Source of the DNA: Octopus sinensis
Taxonomy: Eukaryota
Direction of reading: 5' to 3'
DNA length: 64,000 nt
Assembly (NCBI RefSeq): GCF_006345805.1
Contig: NC_043005.1
Coordinates: forward strand, 16,988,001-17,052,000
Of the stretch, positions 1 to 13,063 are shown piece after piece; position 1 is the stretch's first letter, and each line of letters begins with the position of its first letter. The notes under the pieces are model-generated. The model made no database searches and had not been told where the DNA came from. It saw only the letters and a program-made list of their open reading frames with translations. Made by a program: the position numbers and the translations under genes.

Positions 1-168
1 TCTGTTGCTGCTGAGCTCCAGAGCAGTACTGATCATGTGCACTTAGATCAAAGGCATTGTGAAATAAATGCATGACCTGCTAAATATAGCAGCCAGGTCT
101 CCCTTCCTACTTACCTCTTAAATAGGGAAAGACACATTGGTTAATGTAGTTGTCCTATATATATATAT

Positions 169-170
<2 letters not shown>

Positions 171-200
<30 letters not shown>

Positions 201-545
201 TTAGCATCCGCTTTCCATGCTAGCATGGGTTGGACGGTTCAACTGGGGTCTGTGAAGCCAGAAGGCTGCATCAGGCCCAGTCTGATCTGGCAGTGTTTCT
301 ACGGCTGGATGCCCTTCCTAATGCCAACCACTCCGTGAGTGTAGTGGGTGCTTTTTATGTGCCACCCGCACAGGTGCCAGACGGAGCTGGCAAACGGCCA
401 CGGACGGATGGTGCTTTTTACGTTCCACTGGCACGGGGGCCAGACGAGGCTGGCAACGGCCCGAACGGATGGTGCTTTTACGTGCCACTGGCACGGGGGC
501 CAGGCAAGGCTGGCAATGGCCATGAACGGATGACTACATTCACTG
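171..545 (-). mobile_element. SINE/RTE-tail family with (GAT)n tail and ~60-bp internal subrepeats
   Basis: Tail palindrome ccatgctagcatgg plus (CAT)n; repeated gtgcttttacgtgccactggcac units; many copies in the window. Confidence 0.85.
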
Positions 546-1044
546 GTGTATAGTAGAGATCATGCTGCTATATTTAGCATGCCATGCATCCACTTGGGGG
601 TTGTCTTCTTGACTCAACAAGACCTGTTGTATTTTGGGTGGCTGAAAATTAATTTAAATGTATTTATAATAAATATTTTTATAGTCTTGGTAATTACTTA
701 TTAATATTGGCTTTAGAACACATTTTTTTTTTACTATTGTATGTAATTTCAACTTTATCAACAAAGAGATAGACTTTGTTATAAGGTTGCATGCAACTTG
801 AGTCTTTGACTTCTTTCTTTCTTTCTCTCTCTCCCCCTTCCCCACTATCTCTTTCTCTCTCTTCCTTCGATTTTGTCAACAATGGAAACCATATCGTTCC
901 CTCAATCCTTCCATCTTCTCTCATGTCACCTAAAATAACAAATCAGTTATGTAAGTAAAGTTGGCAACAGATTCTGTCGCCGTCATATTACTGCTGACTA
1001 TAACTTGCATTTTAATTATCAAAGTTGAAATTTTGTTGCTTTTG

Positions 1045-1076
<32 letters not shown>

Positions 1077-1590
1077 TATGTGTGCTTACTGGCTAATTTT
1101 CATTTTTCCTTTATTTGTGTGTAGTATTTTATGTGGTCTATATAAGTTAGTTTTAGAATTATAAAATACCATTTTCTGTTCTATTGAGGATCTCACAGGT
1201 AGTTAATTGTTTCACAAATCAAGCATAGTCTCAGGTTTCTATTTAATTTTCTTACCGTCTCCAAACCACTGACCATAAGAGATCATTGTCAAAAAAAAAC
1301 TTAAAGAATTTGCTAAAAAAATAAAACAGGCATTGAATATTAAGTCAAGGTTTATTTGGATTGTTTAAAAATACTTGCTAATTGTCAAAGCAAACCCTCA
1401 CTTGTTTCTGGAAGGAAAGATGGGCTGTTGTAAAATTGTGCTATAGATCACAAGAGACCATTTAATTTTGCTAATTATCTTCTGGAATGCAAAAGTTTGG
1501 TTGAAGTATGAAATCAAACTCTGTCCCGGTACACATTTCTTGTTCCCTTCCTGAATATAATTTCTTTACTCTTTCTTCTGTTATTTCCAG

Positions 1591-1656
1591 GGTGATGGCC
1601 AGATGTCACGAGGAATCTACATCAAGTCAGTTGTGCCTGGTGGAGCAGCTGCTTTG
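1591..1656 (+). CDS. AFDN: Afadin (AF-6/canoe) internal exon, PDZ domain part 1
   Basis: ttatttccag acceptor, gtaagt donor; translates GDGQMSRGIYIKSVVPGGAAAL, matching the afadin PDZ (GIYVKSVVKGGAA in vertebrates); phase 0-0. The gene starts upstream of the window. Confidence 0.92.
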
Positions 1657-3046
1657 GTAAGTCATTCAATATATAATAATAATAATAATAATTAATAATA
1701 ATAAAATTATTGTATACTGTGCTCAAGTGCACCACAACTTGTCAAAAGTGTGTATAAAGCATATGCAGTAATGTACAAATGTCTGGAAAGTGAAAAGTGT
1801 ATGAGTCAGATACATGCTTACATGTGTATGGAGGGGAGAAATATTATCCAGGTATATGGATACCAGGAGAATATAATATTTAAAAAGGTACCTTAAGAAT
1901 AATTGGGATGAAACTTCATTCCAAAGACATGTTTGTTCCAGTAAATTGTGGCATTTTTAGAGAATTGTCCAAAGAGAATATTTATGAAAATTCTTTAAAA
2001 CTGTGTATATTGATTAGCAGTAGTGTGTGTTCTCTCTCTCTTGTTAATGTCCATTGTTCATGCTGGCATGGGTTGGACGGTTTGATTGAAAACTGTGGAG
2101 CTGCATCAGGTTTAAATCTGATTTAGCATGGTTTTTTCAGCTGGATACCCTTCCTAATGCCAAACACTCCAAGACTATTGACGAATCCTCTGTTGTTTAC
2201 TGGTCTTTAATTTTAAGTATTTTGCAGTAAGAAGAAAAGGCGATGCCCACGATCAGTTACTGTGCTTCTAAGACTTCCATATTCCAAGGAGTCGTTGCTA
2301 AACCACATGATGGCTTCAGTCTGCATCCAACTAGACTATGGCCAGACTTGAAACTAGAAAACAAAGGGCTGGAACAAATGCTGAAATAAATACGATCCAA
2401 AGTTTTTACATTTCTATCAGTCCATTATATTGGATTAATACATTTTTATCGATCCCGGAAGAATGAGAACCAAAGTTGACTTCAGCTGTATTTGAACTCA
2501 TGGGATCATAGAGCAGAGCCGGAACAAACAAACACTCACAAGCATTGTCCGACACTCTGCTAGTTCGCTGTCTGTAGTGAGTGCTTTTTACATACCACCA
2601 GCACAGGTGCCAGTTATGAAACACTGGCATTGACCACGACTGTGATCTGACCTGACTTGTTTTCTCATTGCCAAAGGGGTCAGTCACTTGCCACTGCCTC
2701 CATTAGGCCCAAAGTTTGAAGGGTGCTTTTTATATGCCACCAGCACAGGTGCCAGGTATGCGACACTGACATCAGCCACAACTACAATTTCCCTGGGCTT
2801 GATGGGTTCTCTCAAGCACAGCATATCGCCCAATGTTTGAAGTGTGCTTTTTATGTGTCACCAGCACAAGTGCCAGTTAATCAAAACAAAATAAACTCCA
2901 CTAATTATAAGTTAACAACTAATATTGTAAATACCAATCTGAGATGAAAAGAAAATACCAACAGGTTTCACTCCAAAACTCAAACCGTATTTTCTTATTT
3001 AAATTACTTAAAATGTCTACTATCAAAATGTACAGGCTTTTCAGAA

Positions 3047-3522
3047 TTAATTATCTATTTCAGTGAAATTGATCAATTTTTAAAAAAATCTTTTATTAAT
3101 GTTTATCATGTTTAATGTGTTAAAGGTATATAAATTATTTTGTTTATAATTTTATAATTTTATTTTTATTCCTGTTTGGTCCTTCTTATATCTGTCCACA
3201 ACAGCTTTTTTAAAAATTTGGCTGCAATCATTTTCTCCACTTCCATCTCCAGGATGGAGCAATAATAGTTTAGCTGAACTTAAAGAATGCATTCAGTTAG
3301 CAGTGCTGGGGATAACTCCTGAAATGATTCAGAATATGTTTTGCAATACTAAAGATAGATTTGAAATTTGCAGGAATACACACAGAACACATGTTGAAAA
3401 TTTTCAATAAAGTTTTGACATAAGGTTTTAAAATCTTTTTGTTGTGGTATCGTAATTAATAAACGTAGAATTCTGTCATTTTTCATTAAAATTTGCCTGA
3501 TTTCATTGAAATAGATAATCCT
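3047..3522 (+). mobile_element. Non-autonomous Tc1/mariner derivative
   Basis: Inverted termini attatctatttcagtgaaat / atttcattgaaatagataat; residual transposase-like C-terminus LAELKECIQLAVLGITPEMIQNMFCNTKDRFEICRNTHRTHVENFQ*. Confidence 0.6.
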
Positions 3523-3526
3523 GGAA

Positions 3527-3796
3527 CATCATCATCATCATCATCATCATTGTTTAACGTCTGCTTTCCATGCTAGCATGGGTTGGATGGTTCAACCAGG
3601 GTCTGGGAAGCCTGGAGGCTGCACCAGGCCCAGTCTGATCTGGCAGAGTTTCTACAGCTGGATGCCCTTCCTAGTGCCAACCACTCCGTGAGTGTAGTGG
3701 GTGCTTTTTACGTGCTACCGGCACAGGTGCCAGGCAGGGCTGGCAACGGCCACGATCGGTTGGTGCTTTTTACGTGCCACTGGCACGGAGGCCAGT
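3527..3796 (-). mobile_element. Same (GAT)n-tail SINE family
   Basis: High similarity to 171-545. Confidence 0.85.
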
Positions 3797-3879
3797 CTAA
3801 ATTTCATAACCAGAATGTCTTAAATACTGCATCACTAAATATTTAGAGGAAATTAACTTGACTGTGTTTATCATTGCAG

Positions 3880-3953
3880 GATGGTCGGTTGCAGGCTGGT
3901 GACCAGTTACTGGAAGTAGATGGTCGAAGTTTAGTGGGTTTAAGCCAAGAGAA
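3880..3953 (+). CDS. AFDN: Afadin exon, PDZ domain part 2
   Basis: cattgcag/gtaagt; DGRLQAGDQLLEVDGRSLVGLSQE(K), nearly identical to afadin DGRLAAGDQLLSVDGRSLVGLSQE; phase 0-2. Confidence 0.95.
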
Positions 3954-4124
3954 GTAAGTTCTTTTCCCTGTTGATTGATCTTTTTGCTGTTTCTTGTGTT
4001 ACCTCTGGAATTTTATTGATTAAAAATAACTCAATGCAGTAGTAATAAGTCTTTATTTTTCTACCTTTTTAATCTTGCCTTGTGCTGGCAAGGGGCTGTT
4101 AAGATTTGATAGATTTATTTTTAA

Positions 4125-4514
4125 CTAGCAGTATCGCCCGGCATTGCTCGGATTTGTAAGGGAAATAACTATAAAGCATTTTTAGAGAGTTATAGCCAAA
4201 AATAGCAAAAAAATGGAAAAAAATGATGGTAAATTTTTTTTTTTAAATCGTTGACTCATCGTAGACATTTTTAGAGAGTTACTTACCTTATATAATAGCA
4301 AAAAAAATGCATTAAAATGGAAAAAAATGATGGTAAATTATTTTTAAAATCGTAGACTCATCGTAGACGCACGCTAATACCCAGAAGGGCTCGATATGAA
4401 TCACGACTATAAGATACCCGGTTTTGGTTAAACTGCACCGCAAAATGTGGGAGTAGTTAGGAATCTAAATCGTAGGAGACAGACAGCACACAACTTCTCT
4501 TTTATATATAAAGA
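4125..4514 (-). mobile_element. Non-autonomous Helitron
   Basis: Minus strand begins TC (TCTTTATATATAAAAG) and ends CTAG, with a GC hairpin (ccgagcaatgccgggcg) just before; inserted between A and T; internal tandem repeat. Confidence 0.8.
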
Positions 4515-4863
4515 TTATAATAATAATAATAATGATGAAATTATTGTATACAGTGCTCAGGTGCCCCACAATGCTCAGATTATCTTCAGCTGCTTTTCAT
4601 CTTATGTCCATACATTTACCTTGATTCAGAACTTTTATTTCAAGTAATTAAGAGGGTTGGGACATTGTGTTAGAAATAAAGGTCAGCAGAAAGAAAATTG
4701 TGTATGCTATAATCAACATTATCATCATTTTACATCTGGTTTTCCTAGCTGGCATGGGTTGGATGGTTTGACAAAAGTTAATTGCTATGATACTGTTTAT
4801 GATGTCTCCTAACTAAGATAATGCCTATGATGTTACTATGATATTTCTCTCTTTGTTTTGTAG

Positions 4864-4982
4864 AGCTGCTAATTTGATGACAAAAACTGGCCATGTGGTT
4901 CGGTTGAAAGTATCGAAACAAGGAGCAATTTACCATGGTCTAGCAACTCTGCTCAGTCAACCATCACCAGTCATCCCAAGAG
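4864..4982 (+). CDS. AFDN: Afadin exon, PDZ end plus afadin signature
   Basis: ttttgtag/gtgagg; AANLMTKTGHVVRLKVSKQGAIYHGLATLLSQPSPVIPR; KQGAIYHGLATLL is characteristic of afadin/canoe; phase 2-1. Confidence 0.95.
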
Positions 4983-5264
4983 GTGAGGAAAGAGGTTTCC
5001 ATTTCAAACCAGTTTACTCGGAGTGGCATGGTTTGGTGTGGTGGTTGTATTGATATTGTTTAGTGTGGATTGATGTTTCAAGCATGGAGTGTTTGGTCTG
5101 TGTGCTGCGTGCGCTGTACTTGTGGTGTATTGTTCACTGTTTATACTTTGACTATGCACTTAATCTTTGAAGCTTAGTGACCTGTTTCTAATGTAAAGTG
5201 CCAAGTTGTCATAGAACCATGTTAACATATGAATAATGTAATAAATTTCTCATTTCTCTCACAG

Positions 5265-6017
5265 CTAACAGTCCCAAGAGGAATGGTCCACCTGGTCCAC
5301 CTAATGCCTACCCAAATAAGGGTCGCCACAGAAGCGAGGAAAATCTGAATGTAAATGGTATGCCTAATGATATGGCTCGACAAACTCCCCTTCATCAAGG
5401 TCCATCTCGTGATTTCCGTGATATGCCTCGACAGGGGACTCCTCTGCAACAAGGCCCACCTCCAGAAATGGCACGTCATGGACCACCTCATCAAGGGCCA
5501 CCTCATCAAGGACCACCTCATCAAGGACCACCTCATCAAGGGCCTCCTCATCAAGGGCCACCTCATCAAGGGCCACCTCATCAAGGGCCACCTCATCAAG
5601 GGCCTCCTCATCAAGGGCCTCCTCATCAAGGGCCTCCTCATCAAGGGCCTCCTCATCAAGGACCACTTTATGAAATGGCTCACTCAGGTATGCCAGTCCA
5701 AGGTTCCTCTCGTGAAATGCCTCGCCAGGGTATGCCTCATGACATGGTCCGACCTGGCCCTCCACGCCAAGGCTCTCCTCAAACTAGTTCTCCTCGAGAA
5801 ATGTCTCGCCAAGGGCCACCACAGCCAGGTTCTCCCCGTAACCCGAACCAAGGTTCACCACAGTACCAAGGCCCTCCACGGGATATGATTCGTCACCAGG
5901 GACCACCTCCACCTGGATATAAAAAGGAATTTCGTGATGGTCCACCTAGAATTCAAGCACATGATGTGAGGCCACAATATTATACCCTTGCACCACAGTC
6001 TTCTCCTTCCATAAACA
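5265..6017 (+). CDS. AFDN: Afadin exon, Pro/Gly/Gln/His-rich, contains 12x GPPHQ
   Basis: ctctcacag acceptor, gtaagt donor at 6018; open frame identical to ORF 5360..6031; phase 1-1 fits flanking exons. Confidence 0.85.
5480..5659 (+). repeat. Coding minisatellite, 12 x 15 bp (GPPHQ)
   Basis: GGR CCW CCT CAT CAA units; differences only at synonymous positions. Confidence 0.95.
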
Positions 6018-6553
6018 GTAAGTACTGCTAATTTGTTCATTTTACTTTGTCTCTTCTCTTCAGAAAGCAGGGGGTCCCCCCTCCCCCAACAATAACCAAA
6101 ATACTAAAATATTCAAACCTAGTATCAGCTGAAGAGAGTTGTATGATTAAGTTTTCTTTGCAATTTCTCTTTGTGGCAAGTGTCTCCTATCACTGAGTCG
6201 TCTGGCTAACTAAATCCTAACGAGCGAAATTTCATAAGTCGATTGGAGCCGCTGGCTTTCCAGACCTCAGTCAAACCATCCAACCCATGCCAGCATGGAA
6301 AACAAACATTAAACTATGATGATATTGTGTGGGAGCCTTTTGAATGGACCCATCCTGTACTTCAGTGATAGACTTAATCTGTTGCTACCTGACCTTTGGT
6401 GTTACCTTTAGAGGGGTACACTCTCTTGTAAACATTTATATCTGGTCTCCAGTCTGAGAAGAACTGATAGAAATGTCTTAGGGGTATTGAAGAAAGCTAT
6501 GAGTATTGTCCTCACATCTCTGATCAAGCCATAGAAAAAATAAAAGAAATATA

Positions 6554-6690
6554 AGGTTGTCCCAAAAGTTCGTAGAAAGTCTTGGAAAATAATGGTCTTT
6601 ATTTTGAGGAATAATTTTTGTTGTTTTTGTTAGTACTTGGCGAGTAAAAATTCAATTTTCGCAAGTGTTTACGAACTTTTGGGACAACCT
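6554..6690. mobile_element. Tc1/mariner-type MITE
   Basis: Perfect 21-bp TIRs aggttgtcccaaaagttcgta / tacgaacttttgggacaacct, TA-rich flanks. Confidence 0.85.
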
Positions 6691-8601
6691 AATAGTTATG
6701 GAAGACTGCATAAATAGTTGCGTTCAAATAAATGTAGTTTTTATTTTTTAAAACCAGTGTCAGAAGCAATACCTATGGCTTTTGTACATTCTCCCAGTCT
6801 GGTGAGATTGATGTGGTTAATGTTCAGTTTGAACGTATGTTGGCCAGTGTTTGCTGAAAGATGTTGGGACACCAACATTCAGCGATCAATTATATCAGTC
6901 TCAGTACTTAGTATGGTACTCATTTTATTGACTACTATACTCCAACCACCTGAGGCCTGCAGACTTTTATCTTGCAGAAGTATTGTGTTTAATTTCAAAA
7001 TTAAAATTGTGTAAAACATCTGTTTCAAAATAAATTAAAAATTTATAAGTAGCAATAAAGCAATAGCTTACAATTTTATAATTTTAAACAAATGAAAAGT
7101 ATGAAAAATTCTTGAGTCTGTAATTTGATTATTTGACTATTAGTGCTTGAATTAGTATACAAGCGGCCCTCAAAAAAAATTTCTGTGATTAAAGTGGCCC
7201 ACAATGTAATTCAAGTTGGCCAGACCCACCTTAGAAAATTATTTTTCTCTTGCAAACTTACCATTAAAACATCCACTCTTCCAGGCTATCAAGGCAGATT
7301 TTCTACAGCCACACACCTTTCCTATCTACTAGCCCTTGCCTATTTCCATGCAAGGTAATATTTTCCATGCCCAAACATGATTTTCATGGAAGACTGGAAA
7401 CAAATAACTTTGCTTTTATGGCAGTGATGCTCATTTGCAACCATCACTTAATGTCTAGACATGAGCAACACACAACCACATACACATGGCAGGCTTCCGC
7501 GTAGTTTCCATCCCTCAAATCTACTCACAAGGCTTTCGTTAACCTAGCACTATAATAGAAGACACTTGCGCAAAGGGCTGTTCTGTAAGACTAAAGCCTT
7601 GACATGATTGGGAAGGAAGCCTTTTTAACCACACAACCACACCAGCGCCTGTCTATACATATATAGTGCTTGTGTGTGTTACATGTCAAATTTCACTCAT
7701 TAAACTTTGGTCAACCTGACACTTTGATAGAACACAGTGTCATACAAGGGATCAAATCCAGAACCACTTAGTTACAAAGTGAACTTTTCAACCCCAACAG
7801 TCATGCCTGTACCCATTTGTAGACACAATAAAACAAGTGACTATAATAAAGGTGACTCTACAATAACGTAACTAATTTACAAAAACACAATCTCAGATTA
7901 AGTCTTTTGCCAAACAAAAACAACAAAAGAATTTTTGCATTTCAGTTAATCTGGATTTGTGAGATTATTTTAAGTTAGACTTATTTAATTTGTTTCTGAG
8001 AGTAAACTGTTGGGTTTACTGGTCACCTGATACTGAATTCAAACTTTTGCTTTTGATTTTTTTTCCAACATCACTATTATTGGAACCATTGTGTGGTGTT
8101 CGTGACCAAGGTACATAATTTTGCTTGTCTCAGTCTGCCTGACTGACAAATTGGTATTGTTTATGTTTGAATTACAAGCAAATAAGTTCTACCTTTTCCT
8201 CACAGTTAAGAGGTTAATAATGTTGAAAGAGCTGACATCTAGATGTAAAAAGAATCGATCCTGTAATTTAACAAGCCATTTCACCTACAGAGAAATTTAT
8301 GTAAAATTGGGGGCGATGGGGGGGGATAATTCTTTTTTAAAAAGCTCACACCATTGTTATGCATCTGAATTTGCATGTCTGTTGCATAAATGGTTTTGCT
8401 TGGTTATGACACAAATTTCCTGAGCAAACAGTTTGACTTTTCTTGCCATTTTTATTTCACTTTGCTGCAATTTATGGAATGTTATTTGAATTTTGTTCTT
8501 CTTTAATTTTTTTATGTTTGTTTGTTTTAAATTTTATATATTGAATCTTTGAAATGAAAAACAAAAACAAAAAAAAGAAAGGAAAATGGGGCTTTTTTCA
8601 G

Positions 8602-8865
8602 ACTTGCATGATAGATCTTGGTCCAATGCTGAGTGTACTCTGCAGGAACTCCAGTGCAGGAAAAATGTCAAAGACCTTGTCCTCGAAGCTGAATGGCGAG
8701 GTCTTTCTGCTTCTACTTCTACTCCTGTTAATGTTTCATTTGGTGCCAGAAATAACCGCAAAGTTGTTTCAAGTCAAACTAAAATGGGTCTGCACAGTAT
8801 TCCTAGAAAATCCAACTATATCAGTTCATCTCTGCCAATATTATGGCAACCAGCTCCAGATTTTC
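8602..8865 (+). CDS. AFDN: Candidate symmetric cassette exon of afadin (88 codons)
   Basis: ttttttcag acceptor, strong gtaagt donor at 8866, 264 nt stop-free in phase 1-1 (frame of ORF 8586..8963), non-repetitive; short polypyrimidine tract. Confidence 0.55.
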
Positions 8866-9518
8866 GTAAGTCGGTTCAGCACATAGTACAGGCAGCACCA
8901 TTCTTTCTCTCTTGTTTAGAAATTAGAGTAGGACAAATCCACCTTGTCTTAGACTTAATTTGAAGTTCTAGCTCTCCTATATTATCTGCATGATTAAATT
9001 GTAGCATTTTTAATTCCAGTTTCCTGATCTTATTTGCTTGATCCTTCTGTCTTGATCACATTTGCTTGATCCCTCTTTTGATTCCCTTGATCCATATTTT
9101 GATCCCCTTTGCTTTGATCTCTTTGCATAGTCTTAGCTGCACTGCTAGACATGTCTTAGTAATTTTGTAGCAGTCTTGATTTTTCAGAACCCCAATATCT
9201 TGTAAACAGTTAGTAAAGATAGTAATATTGATCGTAAGTTATCAATGTCAACTGACTAATGAAATTACCATCTTGGTTTATTTGGGAAAGCTATCTGAAG
9301 CGTCCTCATTGATGTCACCATTTACATATACCTAAATTGGAAGCTACTATCTCCCATCATCACTACTACTACAACTACAAGATAGTGAAGGGAATCTGAA
9401 ATGGAGAGTAGGAGTGTTGAACTGGTGGTGATGAATTTGGAAATTACTGGTTTAAGAATGTCATTTTTACGATTATTGGTGACTGAATAAGCAGATACCA
9501 AACTTGGATATTGAGAAA

Positions 9519-9563
<45 letters not shown>

Positions 9564-9889
9564 GAAGGGTGTCATTTTTAGGTTAAATTTTTGTGATACA
9601 AGTGGTCCTTTAATAAAGATTATTTTTCAGTTTTTAACCTTAAACAGTCTTAACAGCAAAATTCAATGTAAATACTGTCTTAGCTATAGGGGTGGACACT
9701 AACACATGAGTAGTGGTGGTGGTAGTGGGGTGCAGTGGGTTGGGGGCTAGGTACTTTGTTATTGGTACATCAGTGTGTGAACAGTGACATGATGTACCTA
9801 TATTACTAATTTTTAATGTTATTTCTTTCGGAAGGGTATTTATAAGTGTAAAGAGAGTAACCTTTAAGAAACTTCAATTTAGTAAATTG

Positions 9890-10238
9890 TCACCTTACTT
9901 ACCAGCATCACCTTACTGGCACTTGTGTCGGTGGCACATGAAAAAACATTCGAGCGAGGTTGTTACCAGTGCCGCTGGACTGGCTCCTGTGCAGGTGGCA
10001 CGTAAAAAACACCATTTTAGTGAGGCCATTGCCAGTACTGCCAGACTGGCCCTCGTGTCGGTGGCCTGTAAAAGCACCCACTACACTCTCGGAGTGGTTG
10101 GCATTAGGAAAGGCATCTAGCTGTAGAATCTCTGCCAGATCAGATTGGAGCCTGGTGCATCCATCTTGTTCAGCAGTCCTCAGTCAAATTGTCCAACTCA
10201 TGCTAGCATGGAAAGCGGACGTTAAACGATGATGATGA
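9890..10238 (+). mobile_element. Same (GAT)n-tail SINE family
   Basis: Ends gctagcatggaaagcggacgttaaacgatgatgatg. Confidence 0.85.
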
Positions 10239-10406
10239 AACAAAACACAGTCAAGTTTTAAAGGTTTATAACTGATATCATCCGACTCCCCTACTAGTTC
10301 TTTAGTAGTTCAGGTCCTCTACTTGGTGCTTGGTATGTCATCTGATATTCTTCAAAAATTGTCCTATTGTGATTTTGTTGATTGATTGTTGTTGTTGTTG
10401 TTACAG

Positions 10407-12319
10407 GTGAAGGATCTGCTTCTGATCCCCGCAACCAGAAAAACAATCCCAACTACCAGAGCCGTACTTTACCTCAAGGTGAAGTGATGAAGCCACCCCC
10501 AGGGAGTATGCAACACCTACGTGACCCCAACATGTCTAATCAACAAGACTCTCCGAGTAACCTCCGGAACCCAGCTGCAAATGGCCCCATGAGAGTGAAT
10601 CAGGGTTCTCCACACCGGCAGCAACAGCACCACCTAGGGCAGCCCTTCATGAACGGTGGTAACAGACCAGGTTTTGAACAACGAAATGCTTCTCCTAACA
10701 ATCAAATTCCTCCAACAGATCCTCGCTACCCTGGACCCCTCGCTAGAAGTCCAGATATAAGCAAGCAGCAAGATCCACCAGGGAAAGCTATGGACAATCG
10801 GAACATCGACCCATATCAAAGAATTCCAGAAAATGCCAGACAAGGAAGCATCAACAAACAGCAGGACCCTCTGCGATATTCTCGAGCTGGCCCCACAGAA
10901 ATGGTCAGACATGTCCAAAGCATACCTGATCGAGGGGCTGCTTACACACCAAGTCCTATTCCACCATATCAGCAAAAAGGTACACCACCACTTGCTAATC
11001 AACCTCCTACTTCTGTTCATTCACCAGTGAATAATGCAATGAAGGATGATCGACCAGTTTCAGTTGCATATCCTGGCAGTCGTCCTGACCGTCAAGATTA
11101 TTCTGGAAACCAGCTGCGTCCGAGGTCAGACGAGATAAGTACAGATAAGGTGCGTGAATGGCAGATGAAATATGACTTGGACAACAGTCGAAACTACGGC
11201 GGCCTTAATGGCACTGAACAGAATTTCAATCGGTTTGGTAATCTCACGGAATCACCTGAGCAGAAAGTACAGCCATCACACTATGCAAAAATTCGAGCGG
11301 AACCTCCTTCTCAAGAAATCAGACAAGACATTCCAAAAGCATCGGTCAACAACCAAGCTCGCCAACAGCATTTCTTTGAGAAAACCAAAGAACGTATGCA
11401 AGAACCAGCACCTCCTTTCCACCAGCTGCCAAAGGCAGGAGACCAACATATTGTAAAGAAACCAACAGTTCCTCCAAAGAAGGTAGCTCTGAAACCAGTT
11501 GAACCAATTCCAGCAACTGCTGATATTGGTCGTGTCAATGTCCAAGAGAATCATGTGTTGCATCAGAACCTCTATAATGCAAGGCTTGGACCTGAAGAAC
11601 ATCTGTACATGCCGCCAACAGCAACTGCAAACAGAATGGCTTATGTTGATCACGAAGGTTCCTACTTACCACCACCCCCAGAGATTCCACCCGATTTGCC
11701 TCCACCCCCTGCACCTGAAGATCTTCAGGATATTCTCCCTCCACCGCCACCTGATAACATCAAGTATAACAACTACCCCCCAGAGAATGTGCAGTGGAAT
11801 CAGTCAAACAGATACTCTGAAGAATTCAGTCGAGTTGATTTCCACGATAATCTCAAAGAAGGCCCTACATACCAACACATGGTCCCTAACAACATGAACT
11901 CCAACTCCCATACTCAGTACACCATCCAGCAGAACAACTACAACCGGGACCCCCATGCAAACGAGAAGCAGTTTGGCCATCAAGGCTTCCTTCCATCCCA
12001 CACAGGCCCTGATAACATTGTCAAGAACAAGAGTGGGCCACCCTTACCACCTCCCCCACAAGAACAACCTCAGCTTTCTTCAAGTGTCCCCTATTGGGAT
12101 GGTGACGAAGATATAGACCCTCATGATATAAACAGGCTTAGGGAGCTTGAGATAAAGAAGCTGACCGAGATGAAGTATCGTCAACCACAGGACGAAGACA
12201 GACTGAGGAAGCTACAGCTGGAAGAGGAATTCCAACGCCGTGTCAAAGAAGTTGGTGATAGAGATGATGACGATGATGATGATGGCTCAGAAGCTGGTTA
12301 CAGTCAATACAGAGTTCAG
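10407..12319 (+). CDS. AFDN: Afadin large Pro-rich exon
   Basis: ttacag acceptor, CAG|gtttga donor; 1913-nt open frame (ORF 10382..12325) with poly-Pro motifs and the afadin-like EDRLRKLQLEEEFQRRVKE...DDDDDD; phase 1-0. Confidence 0.9.
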
Positions 12320-13063
12320 GTTTGATTTATTTTTTATTTAAAAAAAAATTTTTTTTTTTTTTTTTTTTTTTTTGGTCAGTGTCTGTGAGCAATATGTCCT
12401 TTTGTTTTATCTTACAGACTTAGTAAGTGTGAAAAGGGTTACACTCACAACCCTTTTCAGGGCCTCAATAACTGATGGAAGGAAGTTATCCTCAGAGTTG
12501 TTTGTCATTCAAAGGGCTAGGTAAAAATATTCCCTTGCTTGGAAACGGGTGAATGTTGGTGACAGAAAGTGCATCCAGCTGTGGAAAATCTAACTTAACA
12601 AGTTTCATCTGGCCTATGCAACCATGGAAAAGTGGACATTAAAAGATGAGGATAACAGATGTAATAAAGATTTTGATAGATTCTGATCCTTGTTGTGATT
12701 GTGGCCCACGGCCATGCTGTGATAGTGACCTGGGCCCTGCTCACTTGGTGGCTTGCTTGATGTCCTGGTTGTATACTGTTTGGTTTTGCATTCAATCTGT
12801 AGATCTGTGATGATTTCTACTGAGGCCTGCTATTTCCTCTCATTGTCACATCTACTGTTGTTAAAACAACTTCTGCTCTTCTGAAGTTACAAGCTGTGTA
12901 ACACAGCTGCTACAAACCTACCTGTTGCACACACTTCTCTTCCCCTCATTGTCCCATACCCCAAACACTTCATCATGACTCTAAAACTCTATCTGCCCAT
13001 GTCTTTCCTACAATCTTCTGCTTACTCAAGTTCAAACCGGGCATCATCCACATTGCTTCACTA

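Noticed and set aside
340-545. Regularly spaced ~60-bp repeats resembling a CRISPR array (also 58040-58300)
   Set aside because: Internal subrepeats of a SINE family; spacers are mutually similar, DNA is eukaryotic and no cas genes are present
5222-5888. Overlapping repetitive ORFs (MRRPL, IKGHL, DEEAL repeats)
   Set aside because: Alternative-frame and antisense readings of the GPPHQ minisatellite; only the GPPHQ frame fits the splice phases
6064-6135. Acceptor-like ctcttcag 46 nt after the 6017 donor
   Set aside because: The intron would be implausibly short and the required phase hits TAA after ~9 codons
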